From Sulfuritalea sp. (GTDB taxonomy: Bacteria > Pseudomonadota > Gammaproteobacteria > Burkholderiales > Rhodocyclaceae), in NCBI GenBank assembly GCA_030680805.1, contig JAUXUK010000059.1:13336-77335 (forward strand): a DNA stretch of 64,000 nucleotides, read 5' to 3'. This document shows positions 13,387 to 21,882 of the stretch, piece by piece; positions within the stretch are counted from its first letter, which is position 1; each line of letters starts with the position of its first letter. The notes under the pieces are model-generated. The model did no database searches. It was not told the DNA's origin and saw nothing but the letters and a program-made list of their open reading frames with translations. The translations under genes were made by a program, and so were the position numbers.

Positions 13387-14106
13387 TTACATTTCCGAGG
13401 CTGGCCAAAGATCCGGTCGGTCGGTAAACACGGCGCTGACGCCCATGGCAAACAAGCGCGCGGCATCTTCACGGCGATTGACCGTGTAACACCGCAGCGG
13501 AACCCCCGCGGAAAGCACGGCTTGCGCCGCCTCGGCGCTCAGCTTGCGCGCCGACGAATGCAAGGCGAGCGCACCCGCTTCCGCCATGCGCTCGGACCAG
13601 TCCGCCGGGATCGCCTCGACCAGCAGGGCGCGGGGCAACTGGGGCGCTTCGCTTGCCGCGATGCGCAGGGCCTCCGCCGAAAACGAGGACAGCAGCAGCT
13701 TGCCCGTTGCCGCTGCGGCATGGCGGGCCACGACGCGTCCGGTCTCCGCCTCCTGCCCGGCAGACGGCTTGATTTCGACATTGGCCCACAAACCCAGCGC
13801 GGCACAAAGCTGCAGCGCCGCATCAAGCGTCGGCAGCGGCTCCACCGCGAAGGCCGCATGGTGCCGGCTTCCGGCATCGAGCTCGGCCAGCCGGGCCGAG
13901 TCCGTGTTCGCAACTCGCCCCCTCCCCGAGGTAGTGCGTTCCAGCGTCTCGTCGTGAATCAGCACGGGCACGCCATCGGCGGCGAGCATGGCGTCGAACT
14001 CGACGCCATGACAACCCAGGCGCGCCGCCAGCCGCAGGCCGGCCAGGGTGTTCTCCGGCGTCAGGGCGCCGCCGCAGCGGTGCGCGATGATGCGCGGGTA
14101 GATCAC
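13387..14106 (-). CDS. ugpQ: Glycerophosphodiester phosphodiesterase
   Basis: IAHR, PENTL, EFD, HDETLERT, YTVN, FTD. Confidence 0.9.
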   Translation of the reverse strand: MIYPRIIAHRCGGALTPENTLAGLRLAARLGCHGVEFDAMLAADGVPVLIHDETLERTTSGRGRVANTDSARLAELDAGSRHHAAFAVEPLPTLDAALQLCAALGLWANVEIKPSAGQEAETGRVVARHAAAATGKLLLSSFSAEALRIAASEAPQLPRALLVEAIPADWSERMAEAGALALHSSARKLSAEAAQAVLSAGVPLRCYTVNRREDAARLFAMGVSAVFTDRPDLWPASEM

Positions 14107-15377
14107 GGCTTGCGAGAACCCGCTGCCGGCTTTGCGAGTGGCGCCACAGGAGCGATGGCCTGATTGACCCGGCGCACGGTATTGTCGAGCGCCTCTTTCG
14201 CGGGCCGGTCGGTGGTCCAGACAAAGGCCACTTCTTCGCCGAGAAACTCATGCAGATGGTCGCGGATCGGCCCATGCCTGACCCGCGTACTGCCCTTCTT
14301 CGACACGGAAAGACGCTTCTGCGCCGCATCGAGCAGGGGCTGGGGAATCCCCGAATCGCGCAGCGCTGCCACGGCTCCCGGCGTCATTGGCAAATAGCTG
14401 GTGGCGTGCACCCACTCCTTCTGTACCTCCGGCCGCAGCAAAAAGGCCATGAAACGCGCGGCCAGCTTGTATTCATCCTTCTTGTGCCCGGCCAGCACCC
14501 ACAGTCCGGCACCGTCAGGCAGCACGTCGGCCGGCTTGGCGGCATAGACATCGTCGTAATGCGGCAGGGCGGCGATGCCGACATCGATACCGGCACGTTT
14601 GGCTTCGGCATACAGCGACGATTCGCCGGTGAGCATCGCGCATTCGCCGCTCAGAAAGCGCCGGTTGCCTTCGCGGCCCGGGCCCGAGTAATGGAAATAG
14701 CGACTCTTCTGCCAACTCGCCAGAAGCGCGAGGTGCTTGACGTTGACCAGGCCGTTGACCAACACCGTGTCTCCCTTGCCCACCTTGCCTACTACGGCTT
14801 CACCGGCCTGCGACGACACGTTCTCGGCATGAACCCAGGAAAACCGTACGGTAGTCAGCGGGCACTTGCCGCCGCGGTCATAAATCTCGCCCGCGGTTTT
14901 CTGCAACTCCCACCATGTCTTGCCCGGATGGTCAGGATCGACACCGGCCTTGCGCAGGGCGGCGCGATTGGTAAACAACACCGGCAGCGAAAGTGCCAGC
15001 GGCAAGGCCTGGATACGCGCGCTCGCATCGTCCACCGCGTCGGCGACCTGGGGATAGAACTGCGCGGCATCAAATTTCTGCCCCGCCTCGCGCATGACCT
15101 CATGCAAGGCGCGGAAGCGCGGCCGGGTGCCGAAAAACTCCACGCTGTCGTCCGGATCGAGCAGCGCCAGATGCGGCAACGCATGCCTGTTCTCCAGCCC
15201 CCGGGCGTCCTGCAGGACCACCTTGCCCTTGCCCTTCAGCTCATCGTTGAAGCGCAGCACCTGAGTCGCCAGCGTGTCCAGCGCCTTGCCGTCGAGATCG
15301 TGGCGCAGGCTGATGTCTTGCGCGACAACCGGGCATGCCGCACCGCAGGCAAGCAAAATCCAAAGAATTCTCTTCAT
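14103..15377 (-). CDS. ABC extracellular solute-binding protein (UgpB-like)
   Basis: Signal peptide, FLSGECAM..GES, GAGLWV; overlaps ugpQ start. Confidence 0.8.
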   Translation of the reverse strand: MKRILWILLACGAACPVVAQDISLRHDLDGKALDTLATQVLRFNDELKGKGKVVLQDARGLENRHALPHLALLDPDDSVEFFGTRPRFRALHEVMREAGQKFDAAQFYPQVADAVDDASARIQALPLALSLPVLFTNRAALRKAGVDPDHPGKTWWELQKTAGEIYDRGGKCPLTTVRFSWVHAENVSSQAGEAVVGKVGKGDTVLVNGLVNVKHLALLASWQKSRYFHYSGPGREGNRRFLSGECAMLTGESSLYAEAKRAGIDVGIAALPHYDDVYAAKPADVLPDGAGLWVLAGHKKDEYKLAARFMAFLLRPEVQKEWVHATSYLPMTPGAVAALRDSGIPQPLLDAAQKRLSVSKKGSTRVRHGPIRDHLHEFLGEEVAFVWTTDRPAKEALDNTVRRVNQAIAPVAPLAKPAAGSRKP

Positions 15378-15525
15378 GCTCCCGCCCCATATCCACTGAA
15401 CAGGCGAAGTTTATACGCGATCCACTGCGCTCCAAACGGATTGCACCAGCAGGGGTTCTCGACTACCCTATATTTGTTACTAAAGTATGGAGGAAAGGGC
15501 CGTTCGAGCCCGCCGTGGAAGCGCA

Positions 15526-16101
15526 ATGAATACCGCACAACGAATCGCACTGGTCGTCGCAGTCGCCAACCTTGTGTTGCTTCTGGTGTTCCCGCCCTAC
15601 GATTACATCTCGCTGCAGCGCGGCGGCATCCCGACTTTCGACGGCTTCTACTTCGCGTTCGGTTCCCATCAGAATCGCATCGTCAATGCGAATTTCCTTA
15701 CGCTCGAAGTGATCGTGGTCCTGATCAATGCCTTTATCGCCCTGCTGCTGCTGCGCGACCCGCCACTGCGACAACTTGAGCGACCCGGAGGAAATCGCAA
15801 GCAGCGTGCCGTGCTGACGCTGGTGGCGGTCAATCTGGTTCTGGTGCTCCTGTTCCCTCCCTTCGAGTTCTTCGGGGCGATCACCAAGGCGGCCCTGCCC
15901 ACCTTCGAAGGCTTCTACTTCGTCTTTGCCGACAACTCACAGCGACAACTGATAGCGCCGATCCTGTACATCGAAGTCGCCCTGATCATCATCAATGGTG
16001 CTCTGCTCTGGCTGGTATTCAAGGACAAGGGACCCGGCGAAGCGTCGGCGGAACAGGTGAGGGAGCTTGCCCAGCGGGTGCGCGCTGCCCAGAAGAAATA
16101 G
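15526..16101 (+). CDS. Hypothetical membrane protein with internal duplication
   Basis: Two copies of NLVL..FPP(Y/F)...PTF(D/E)GFYF.F...EV...IN. Confidence 0.8.
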   Translation: MNTAQRIALVVAVANLVLLLVFPPYDYISLQRGGIPTFDGFYFAFGSHQNRIVNANFLTLEVIVVLINAFIALLLLRDPPLRQLERPGGNRKQRAVLTLVAVNLVLVLLFPPFEFFGAITKAALPTFEGFYFVFADNSQRQLIAPILYIEVALIIINGALLWLVFKDKGPGEASAEQVRELAQRVRAAQKK

Positions 16102-16144
16102 AGCGTGACCGCCCCAGCGCGGCCTTCCTGGCGTGGCATCCATC

Positions 16145-16172
16145 TTGTCTAAGTCGATTTCTTCGGTATAAT
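16145..16172 (+). promoter_or_regulatory. Sigma70-type promoter of tRNA-Arg
   Basis: TTGTCT-N16-TATAAT followed by a GC-rich discriminator. Confidence 0.7.
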
Positions 16173-16185
16173 CCGGCCCTCTCAA

Positions 16186-16262
16186 GCGCCCGTAGCTCAT
16201 CTGGATAGAGTACTTGGCTACGAACCAAGGGGTAGGGAGTTCGAATCTCTCCGGGCGCGCCA
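16186..16262 (+). tRNA. tRNA-Arg(ACG)
   Basis: 77 nt cloverleaf GCGCCCG...CTTGG-CTACGAA-CCAAG...TTCGAAT...CGGGCGCGCCA. Confidence 0.97.
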
Positions 16263-16272
16263 GTACCAAACA

Positions 16273-16300
16273 AAGGGTCTGCAGAAATGCAGGCCCTTTT
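16273..16300 (+). terminator. Terminator after tRNA-Arg
   Basis: AAGGGTCTGCA-GAAA-TGCAGGCCCTTTT. Confidence 0.75.
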
Positions 16301-16360
16301 CATTTGCTGCGATACTTGGGAACGGAGGGGCGTTTGCCCCGAATCCTGCAAGGGTTGGCC

Positions 16361-17488
16361 ATGAATACGATCGATTTTCTCGTTCGCAAGGATCAGCTGT
16401 CCGCCACCGAGCTGCGCGAGACGCCGGAGCCAACGCTCGAGGACGGCCAGGTTCGGCTGCGCGTGGACAAGTTCGCGCTGACGGCCAACAACATCACCTA
16501 CGCCGCCTTTGGCGACGCGATGAACTACTGGGGTTTCTATCCGGCCGACCCCGGATGGGGGCGCATACCGGTCTGGGGTTTCGGCACCGTAGTCGAATCG
16601 CAGCACGCCGGCCTGCCGGTCGGCGAGAAGTTCTATGGCTACTACCCGATGTCGTCCAGCACCATCCTGCAACCGGTCCGCCTGTCGCCGGAGGGATTTT
16701 TCGACGGCGCCGAACATCGCGCCGCGTTGCATGCCGTGTACAACAACTACGTGCGCTGCAGCGCCGACCCGTTCTACACGCCACAGACGGAGGACGTTCA
16801 GGCACTGCTGCGCCCCTTGTTCATCACCTCGTGGCTGATTGACGACTTCCTCGCGGACAACGATTTTTTCGGCGCCGCCGAATCCGGCAGCGGCGTCATG
16901 CTGCTCTCCAGCGCATCGAGCAAGACCGCCTATGGCACGGCATTTCAGCTTGCGCAACGAAAAGGCATCGAAGTGGTCGGCCTGACGTCGGCCGCCAATC
17001 TGGAGTTCTGCAACAGCCTCGGCTGCTATCGCCGGGTTCTGGCCTACGATCAACTCGACCGGGTCGCCGCCGATGTAGCCTGTGTGTACGTCGACTTTGC
17101 TGGCAATGCCGACCTGCGCAGGGCAATTCACACCCGCTTCGCGAACCTGAAATACAGCAGTTCCATCGGTGGCACGCATGTCGAGCAACTGGGTGGCGCC
17201 AAAGACCTTCCCGGGCCGCGAGCCACACTGTTTTTTGCGCCGGCGCAAATCAAGAAACGCAGCGCCGAATGGGGCGCAAATGTCCTCGGGCAGCGCCTGC
17301 TGCAGTCGTGGCAATCCTTCGCCCGGAAGGTGTGCGATCCGACGGCACCGTGGCTGGTGGTGAGGTATCACGCGGGATTGGATGCGGTCAAAGCCGCTTA
17401 CGCAGAAGTGCTCGGCGGACGTGGCGACCCGCGTGTCGGGCATATGCTCTCGCTAGCGCCAAAAGAAAAAGGCCAGACCGAAGTCTGA
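16361..17488 (+). CDS. DUF2855-like protein
   Basis: FALTANNITYA, WGRIPVWGF, SSASSKTA, VDFAG. Confidence 0.8.
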   Translation: MNTIDFLVRKDQLSATELRETPEPTLEDGQVRLRVDKFALTANNITYAAFGDAMNYWGFYPADPGWGRIPVWGFGTVVESQHAGLPVGEKFYGYYPMSSSTILQPVRLSPEGFFDGAEHRAALHAVYNNYVRCSADPFYTPQTEDVQALLRPLFITSWLIDDFLADNDFFGAAESGSGVMLLSSASSKTAYGTAFQLAQRKGIEVVGLTSAANLEFCNSLGCYRRVLAYDQLDRVAADVACVYVDFAGNADLRRAIHTRFANLKYSSSIGGTHVEQLGGAKDLPGPRATLFFAPAQIKKRSAEWGANVLGQRLLQSWQSFARKVCDPTAPWLVVRYHAGLDAVKAAYAEVLGGRGDPRVGHMLSLAPKEKGQTEV

Positions 17489-17659
17489 CCCTTTGAAAAT
17501 GGTGGGGTGAGCGCTACCAAATAACTGCTGCCATCACCCGTGCTGCAATGGTCTTACTTTTTCGTCATTCCTAAATGCCCCCAAAAATGCCCCCATTAGA
17601 TTGGGGCATAGGAGCCTTCGCCGAATCGCCCCCTCCGACAACCTAAGTCTGTAGACCCA

Positions 17660-17977
17660 CTAAGGCACGCGGGAACACTGCTGTAAAACCGTTCCCAGTA
17701 AGGCGACAATGGCTACCACCACCGAAATGTAGGACATACGATAGGCACTTACTGCCGTAACGCTTGCAGCTTTGGCAATATTGTTTGCCTCTTCCGCCAG
17801 AGTTAGTTCTTTCTCCTTGACTCGATCCTGTTCCCTCTGCTTCATCAGAGCGTATTGAGCCACGAGATAGTCATGGCCTTCACCTTGAAAACGCGAGCGA
17901 TTGCCTCGAATCACTTCATGAAGCAACTCTTCCATTGGAAGACCGTCAATTGCTGCTTTGGTCTCATCGGAAATCAT
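17660..17977 (-). CDS. Hypothetical protein with C-terminal transmembrane helix
   Basis: 105 aa ORF: coiled-coil-like segment then ISVVVAIVALLGTVL. Confidence 0.65.
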   Translation of the reverse strand: MISDETKAAIDGLPMEELLHEVIRGNRSRFQGEGHDYLVAQYALMKQREQDRVKEKELTLAEEANNIAKAASVTAVSAYRMSYISVVVAIVALLGTVLQQCSRVP

Positions 17978-18056
17978 CTTAGGTAATCCTCGCGATTCCT
18001 GCGCAGCCGCTTCCAGGGCGGCTCAGCCTAGCCAGCATGTTAGGCTACTGAAGAGA

Positions 18057-18449
18057 TCAGAAAAGTGGCCGCACGGGGCGGCACTTGCCGGTATAAATGA
18101 GCGTTACTGGCGATAATTTGTCCTCCTGAGCTCTAGTGGTGAGTTGCAGTTCGCCATTTAATCGATTCAGGCATCCCCATGTCCTATTGTCCGAAGGATG
18201 GACAAAGCAAATTCCCGATTCGTCGGAATGACTGATGCGGTATGAAGAATTGCCTGAGCCAAAATTGAGTATGCCGGCAACCCTTACTCCGTTGCTCAAT
18301 ACCTCGACATAACCGCCGGACAACGGGACATCTTGAAGATTTCTTGAGTACTGGGAGAACGAGCCATCACACTGCAACCGCGTTACATCTTGTTGTGCTA
18401 TCGCCCCAGGGGATATTGCCAACACCACCATCAATAGATTCCACCTCAT
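18057..18449 (-). CDS. Secreted hypothetical protein
   Basis: Signal peptide MRWNLL...AIA-Q; 4 Cys; ATGA overlap with the nuclease stop. Confidence 0.7.
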   Translation of the reverse strand: MRWNLLMVVLAISPGAIAQQDVTRLQCDGSFSQYSRNLQDVPLSGGYVEVLSNGVRVAGILNFGSGNSSYRISHSDESGICFVHPSDNRTWGCLNRLNGELQLTTRAQEDKLSPVTLIYTGKCRPVRPLF

Positions 18450-18940
18450 TGTTCGTCCTTTCTTGAATGCCGCCACTCCCACGGCGGCATAGGTTGGGCA
18501 TCTGCCCACAATCCACGCCACGCCGCCTTCGCCTCACTCTCGACTGCATATAGCGGAGAATCCTTCGGGGCGTATTTCCGATACACCCAGGCCATGCCGC
18601 GCCGTACCTGTTCAGTGTTCGCGTCTATACCATCGCAAGTTACCCGCGCCAGCGTACGCTTATAGCGGTCGCTCCCCTGGTCGGCCAGCGTTGCGGTCTT
18701 GCCGAAGCACAGATCGGAAAGCGACTGCTTCGACTTCTGGCCGAAGGGTTGCGCCTTCTCTGGGGCGTCAATCTCCACCAGACGCACCTTCACCTGTTCG
18801 CGGTCACGCAACACGGTAAGCGTATCGCCATCGGCTACCGCTACCACCTTGCCGGTGAAGTCGGCATAGGCGGCGAGCGGGAAGATCAGCGAGAGAACAA
18901 CTACCGGCATGCACGTGCATTGAGCGACTCGCCGCTGCAC
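18446..18940 (-). CDS. Thermonuclease (SNase) family protein, exported
   Basis: DGDT, VRLVEIDAPE, QPFG, DRYKR.LA, GMAWVY, RGLW, PWEWR. Confidence 0.92.
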   Translation of the reverse strand: MQRRVAQCTCMPVVVLSLIFPLAAYADFTGKVVAVADGDTLTVLRDREQVKVRLVEIDAPEKAQPFGQKSKQSLSDLCFGKTATLADQGSDRYKRTLARVTCDGIDANTEQVRRGMAWVYRKYAPKDSPLYAVESEAKAAWRGLWADAQPMPPWEWRHSRKDEQ

Positions 18941-18944
18941 GGCC

Positions 18945-19442
18945 TCAGTCTACCAATTTGAGATTCACGAACTGGCAATCGCCGCGCATTACGGTTGTCT
19001 TGGCAATCATTACCGCATCACCAGCGCGACTCGTTACCTGCATGTATTCTGCCTTTCCAGACTTATCAATCAGGAACGTGTAAACCTCAACGGTTTGCCC
19101 AGGATAGACGACAAGAATTGAGACGCTACTCGCTGCCCTGCTCAGCAGAAGAACCTGACCGCCGTCTTGCCGCGAAGAAATGATGCGTTTGGTCACATCA
19201 ACGAAAAGAATGTCGTATTCGTTCGGGCCTAATTTTTGAAGTGTTGTTATGCCGCCAGTTATCTTGTCGTCTGCCCATCCCGAAGATTTCTTTTCCATCA
19301 GGCCGATGTACGGGTAATAGGCTTTGCCGCTTGGGTTAGAACACTGGGCTATATCCAACGCAAGGCAGTTAGCAGAAAACAAAACGCTACAAATCCAACC
19401 TGCCGTACTCGCCTTCACAATTCCCGCTGGCATCGCGCTCAT
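18945..19442 (-). CDS. Secreted hypothetical protein
   Basis: Probable signal peptide; ATGA overlap with the upstream lipoprotein stop. Confidence 0.7.
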   Translation of the reverse strand: MSAMPAGIVKASTAGWICSVLFSANCLALDIAQCSNPSGKAYYPYIGLMEKKSSGWADDKITGGITTLQKLGPNEYDILFVDVTKRIISSRQDGGQVLLLSRAASSVSILVVYPGQTVEVYTFLIDKSGKAEYMQVTSRAGDAVMIAKTTVMRGDCQFVNLKLVD

Positions 19443-19696
19443 TTCTTGAACCGTCCCTTCTCGCACCAAAACTTGGTTTTGACTCCCGGTTGATTCTGGA
19501 AAAGGATTTGTGCTTGGTCGCAGTTGCCCCGGTTATAGGCTTCACCATCAACCGAGTCAAAGGTTGCAACATGAAGCCGCATGTTCTCCCCGCCGAGAGT
19601 CACGCTGTTTCGATACAGCGTAAATACTTCGCTATCTGGCGCTGAGCAGCCCCCCAGCAAAAGCAGCATCGCCACCAAAATCACTCTTATCGCCAT
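19439..19696 (-). CDS. Small lipoprotein
   Basis: Lipobox LLGG-C; G-rich RBS (AAGGGGG); two further Cys. Confidence 0.75.
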   Translation of the reverse strand: MAIRVILVAMLLLLGGCSAPDSEVFTLYRNSVTLGGENMRLHVATFDSVDGEAYNRGNCDQAQILFQNQPGVKTKFWCEKGRFKK

Positions 19697-19883
19697 TGCC
19701 CGGCCCCCTTCGGTGAAATTGGATTATGCGCCTGACCAGCGGCGATGATGTTGCCACCAACTGACCACCGGCAACGCCGGCCAGCGAGCAAGCCATAAAG
19801 CGAGAAAGCGGCTCACGCCACCACCGCGCAGCCTGACTAACCTATCGCAGCCGAAATAGCTGTTGTCCGGGCTGGGGCGCAAG

Positions 19884-19985
19884 ACATAACCGACCATTAC
19901 CCGAACCCGCAGGGCGCGCAGCGGTAGGCCACCAAGCGAAGCACAGCGCAGCGACTGGCGTACTTTGGGTAATGCGCGGTTATGT
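19884..19985. repeat. attC-like imperfect inverted repeat (102 bp)
   Basis: ACATAACCGACCATTACCCGAA ... TTTGGGTAATGCGCGGTTATGT. Confidence 0.55.
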
Positions 19986-20222
19986 TCAATCGCTTTCGAT
20001 TTACCCCTGCCCGGCTGGGTGCAGTTGAGCGCAGCGAACTGACTTGCCATTGCTGGCCGACACAACCCGGCATCGCAGTCGTCCGCTTCAACGCAGTTAA
20101 GCGGCGGCGGGCCACGGAGTGCAGGACGATGAGCACCGCCCCGGTGTAGCCACTGAAGCCGTGAGCGGCCTTTTGCTGACGGCGCAGGCGGCGGGGCGTA
20201 GCGACAATGCAAGGCCAGGGTA

Positions 20223-20403
20223 AAAGTCGGCGCTGGCGGGACGGCGATTACCGAAGGCACAAAGCCGTGACGCAGGTTTATCGCGTGACGGCGCGGTGCA
20301 GGATGCGATGCGGTAGCGATGGCGCGGGGCTTGCGGGTTCTTGTGCAAGCGCCGTGACAGAGCGGGCAGAGGGGTGCATCGGCGTCCCGCCAGCGCCGAC
20401 ATT
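20223..20403. repeat. 26-bp inverted repeat pair (24/26)
   Basis: AAAGTCGGCGCTGGCGGGACGGCGAT (20223-20248) / ATCGGCGTCCCGCCAGCGCCGACATT (20378-20403). Confidence 0.85.
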
Positions 20404-20535
20404 CGCGGGGGGGGCCGCATCGTCTAGGCTGGCTAAGCGGAAGCGGATCGGGGGTAGGTATGGGGGCAGGCGCGACCAGGACTTTGCCCCCAACAATGCC
20501 CCCGCAGGGTGATGGTTACTCGCCATTAGCACAAG

Positions 20536-20925
20536 CTATCGAGGACGCATCATTTGGAGCGTTGAACGTGCGCGCTCTACTTCCGCTGACATTTCCTGCT
20601 CAAGCTGCTTCTCACCATTTGCAATAACCTCTTGCATTTTCTGGACATCATTCGCCGCTTCACTGCGGGCGCAACTAATATAAGACCGAACTTTTGCCTG
20701 CCAGTTGTTGAATGCGCTGACAGCATCGTTGAATTCGCTGCTGCTGCTCCCGAAATACATCGGCGGCTTGTTTGGTTGAAAGCAACCCGAAGGCTTCCAC
20801 TTCACACTTTGAAAAACGCCGTCTATGCGACAGTTGCCAATCCCGCACTCCAACTCACCGCTCGACGAGATACATGGCGACAATGCAAAGGCTAGAATCC
20901 AAACCCTTAGAACGACCGATTTCAT
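20536..20925 (-). CDS. Secreted hypothetical protein
   Basis: Signal peptide; GGGAGGGAGG RBS; helical C-terminus. Confidence 0.7.
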   Translation of the reverse strand: MKSVVLRVWILAFALSPCISSSGELECGIGNCRIDGVFQSVKWKPSGCFQPNKPPMYFGSSSSEFNDAVSAFNNWQAKVRSYISCARSEAANDVQKMQEVIANGEKQLEQEMSAEVERARSTLQMMRPR

Positions 20926-21068
20926 GTCGCCTCCCTCCCCAATTTGAGAGGCGGATCATGCGCCTACTTTGCGGAGATGTATATCAGGCAAAGGGCATAG
21001 ATGACTCTCGACGAATTAGCTGCGACAGACAGAGCGCAGGCAACGCCAGCGAGGGGAGCGCCAACTTT

Positions 21069-21278
21069 CTATCCGACAGACTTCAGTGTGTTGCCTAGTT
21101 CCCGTAGCAATCGCGCCAGTTCCCGAAGCCCCCCCCGCGATCCACCCTTGTAGGCATTCTGCGAAACCCTTGCCTTACCTTCTGACGACTTCGGCCCGGT
21201 CGATTTCTCCCACGGTCTCCATTGGCGGATCAATTCGGCTCTCAGTCTGCGATGCTCTTGTGTCCGGTAGTAACTCAT
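21069..21278 (-). CDS. Small basic protein with STGPxxxEGK...NAxKxG (HGGxSTG-like) motif
   Basis: PWEKSTGPKSSEGKARVSQNAYKGG; AGGAG RBS. Confidence 0.65.
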   Translation of the reverse strand: MSYYRTQEHRRLRAELIRQWRPWEKSTGPKSSEGKARVSQNAYKGGSRGGLRELARLLRELGNTLKSVG

Positions 21279-21882
21279 AGCTGTCTCCTGCTGATTGTTT
21301 GCTTTGCCGGTTTTCACTTTCTCCCGCCTGCGAGGCCATCCCGTTATTGACCTGTTGATTGTGGGCAACATTGGCCTGGCGCACGAAGGTTACCGGCCTC
21401 GGGTTCTTAAGTTCCCCTAGCGCCTCGATGGTTCGCACTGCCTGAGACTGAGCCTTTAGGGCCAGCCTCAAATACCTGTCTGCTGCGTCGAGATAGCCCG
21501 CCTTCGAGTTTGAGTGAGAGCGCCGCGCGAGATTTGAGAACAGGGCATCAAGTGTATGGGCCTGCGCCATCAGCATCGCCTCGGGCCTTGTCATGCGGCC
21601 CCTCTGCACTTCTCCGACCTGCTCCCGCAATTCGTTCACGAGGTAGTTCACATTGAGAGAGCCACCCTCAAACTCCTGGATGGTTGCCGCCGCCCTCACT
21701 TCAGGCTGAGACATTGCCCGAGCAGCCAGTTCATTGCCCAGAATCTCAAGCGCAGCGTCATCCTTTGCCGCCAGATACCGCTCTCGATCGCCTTCGTTTA
21801 GATACCTTTCATCAAGGAGCAGAGTTGCGGGATTTGGCTTTCCCAGTTCCTTGCCCGTTGGTTTCCTACGCTTCGCTGTCAT
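21175..21882 (-). CDS. Island hypothetical protein (LALKAQSQ...QANVA..QQVNNG type)
   Basis: 235 aa ORF, ATGA-coupled to the upstream gene. Confidence 0.75.
   Translation of the reverse strand: MTAKRRKPTGKELGKPNPATLLLDERYLNEGDRERYLAAKDDAALEILGNELAARAMSQPEVRAAATIQEFEGGSLNVNYLVNELREQVGEVQRGRMTRPEAMLMAQAHTLDALFSNLARRSHSNSKAGYLDAADRYLRLALKAQSQAVRTIEALGELKNPRPVTFVRQANVAHNQQVNNGMASQAGESENRQSKQSAGDSYELLPDTRASQTESRIDPPMETVGEIDRAEVVRR

Noticed and set aside
16186-17500. tRNA-Arg as the island's integration site
   Set aside because: No duplicate of its 3' end was found; the att repeat matches tRNA-Ala, so the DUF2855 gene lies outside the element.
18005-18046. GCCTAAC...GCTAGGC after a cargo gene as a second attC
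   Set aside because: Only ~20 bp with no L boxes; more likely two small terminator-like hairpins.
19724-20532. ORFs called in the island's non-coding tract (e.g. 19724-20260, 20207-20512)
   Set aside because: Arg/Pro/Ala-rich, no clear RBS, overlapping in several frames and crossing the repeats; better explained as structured non-coding DNA.
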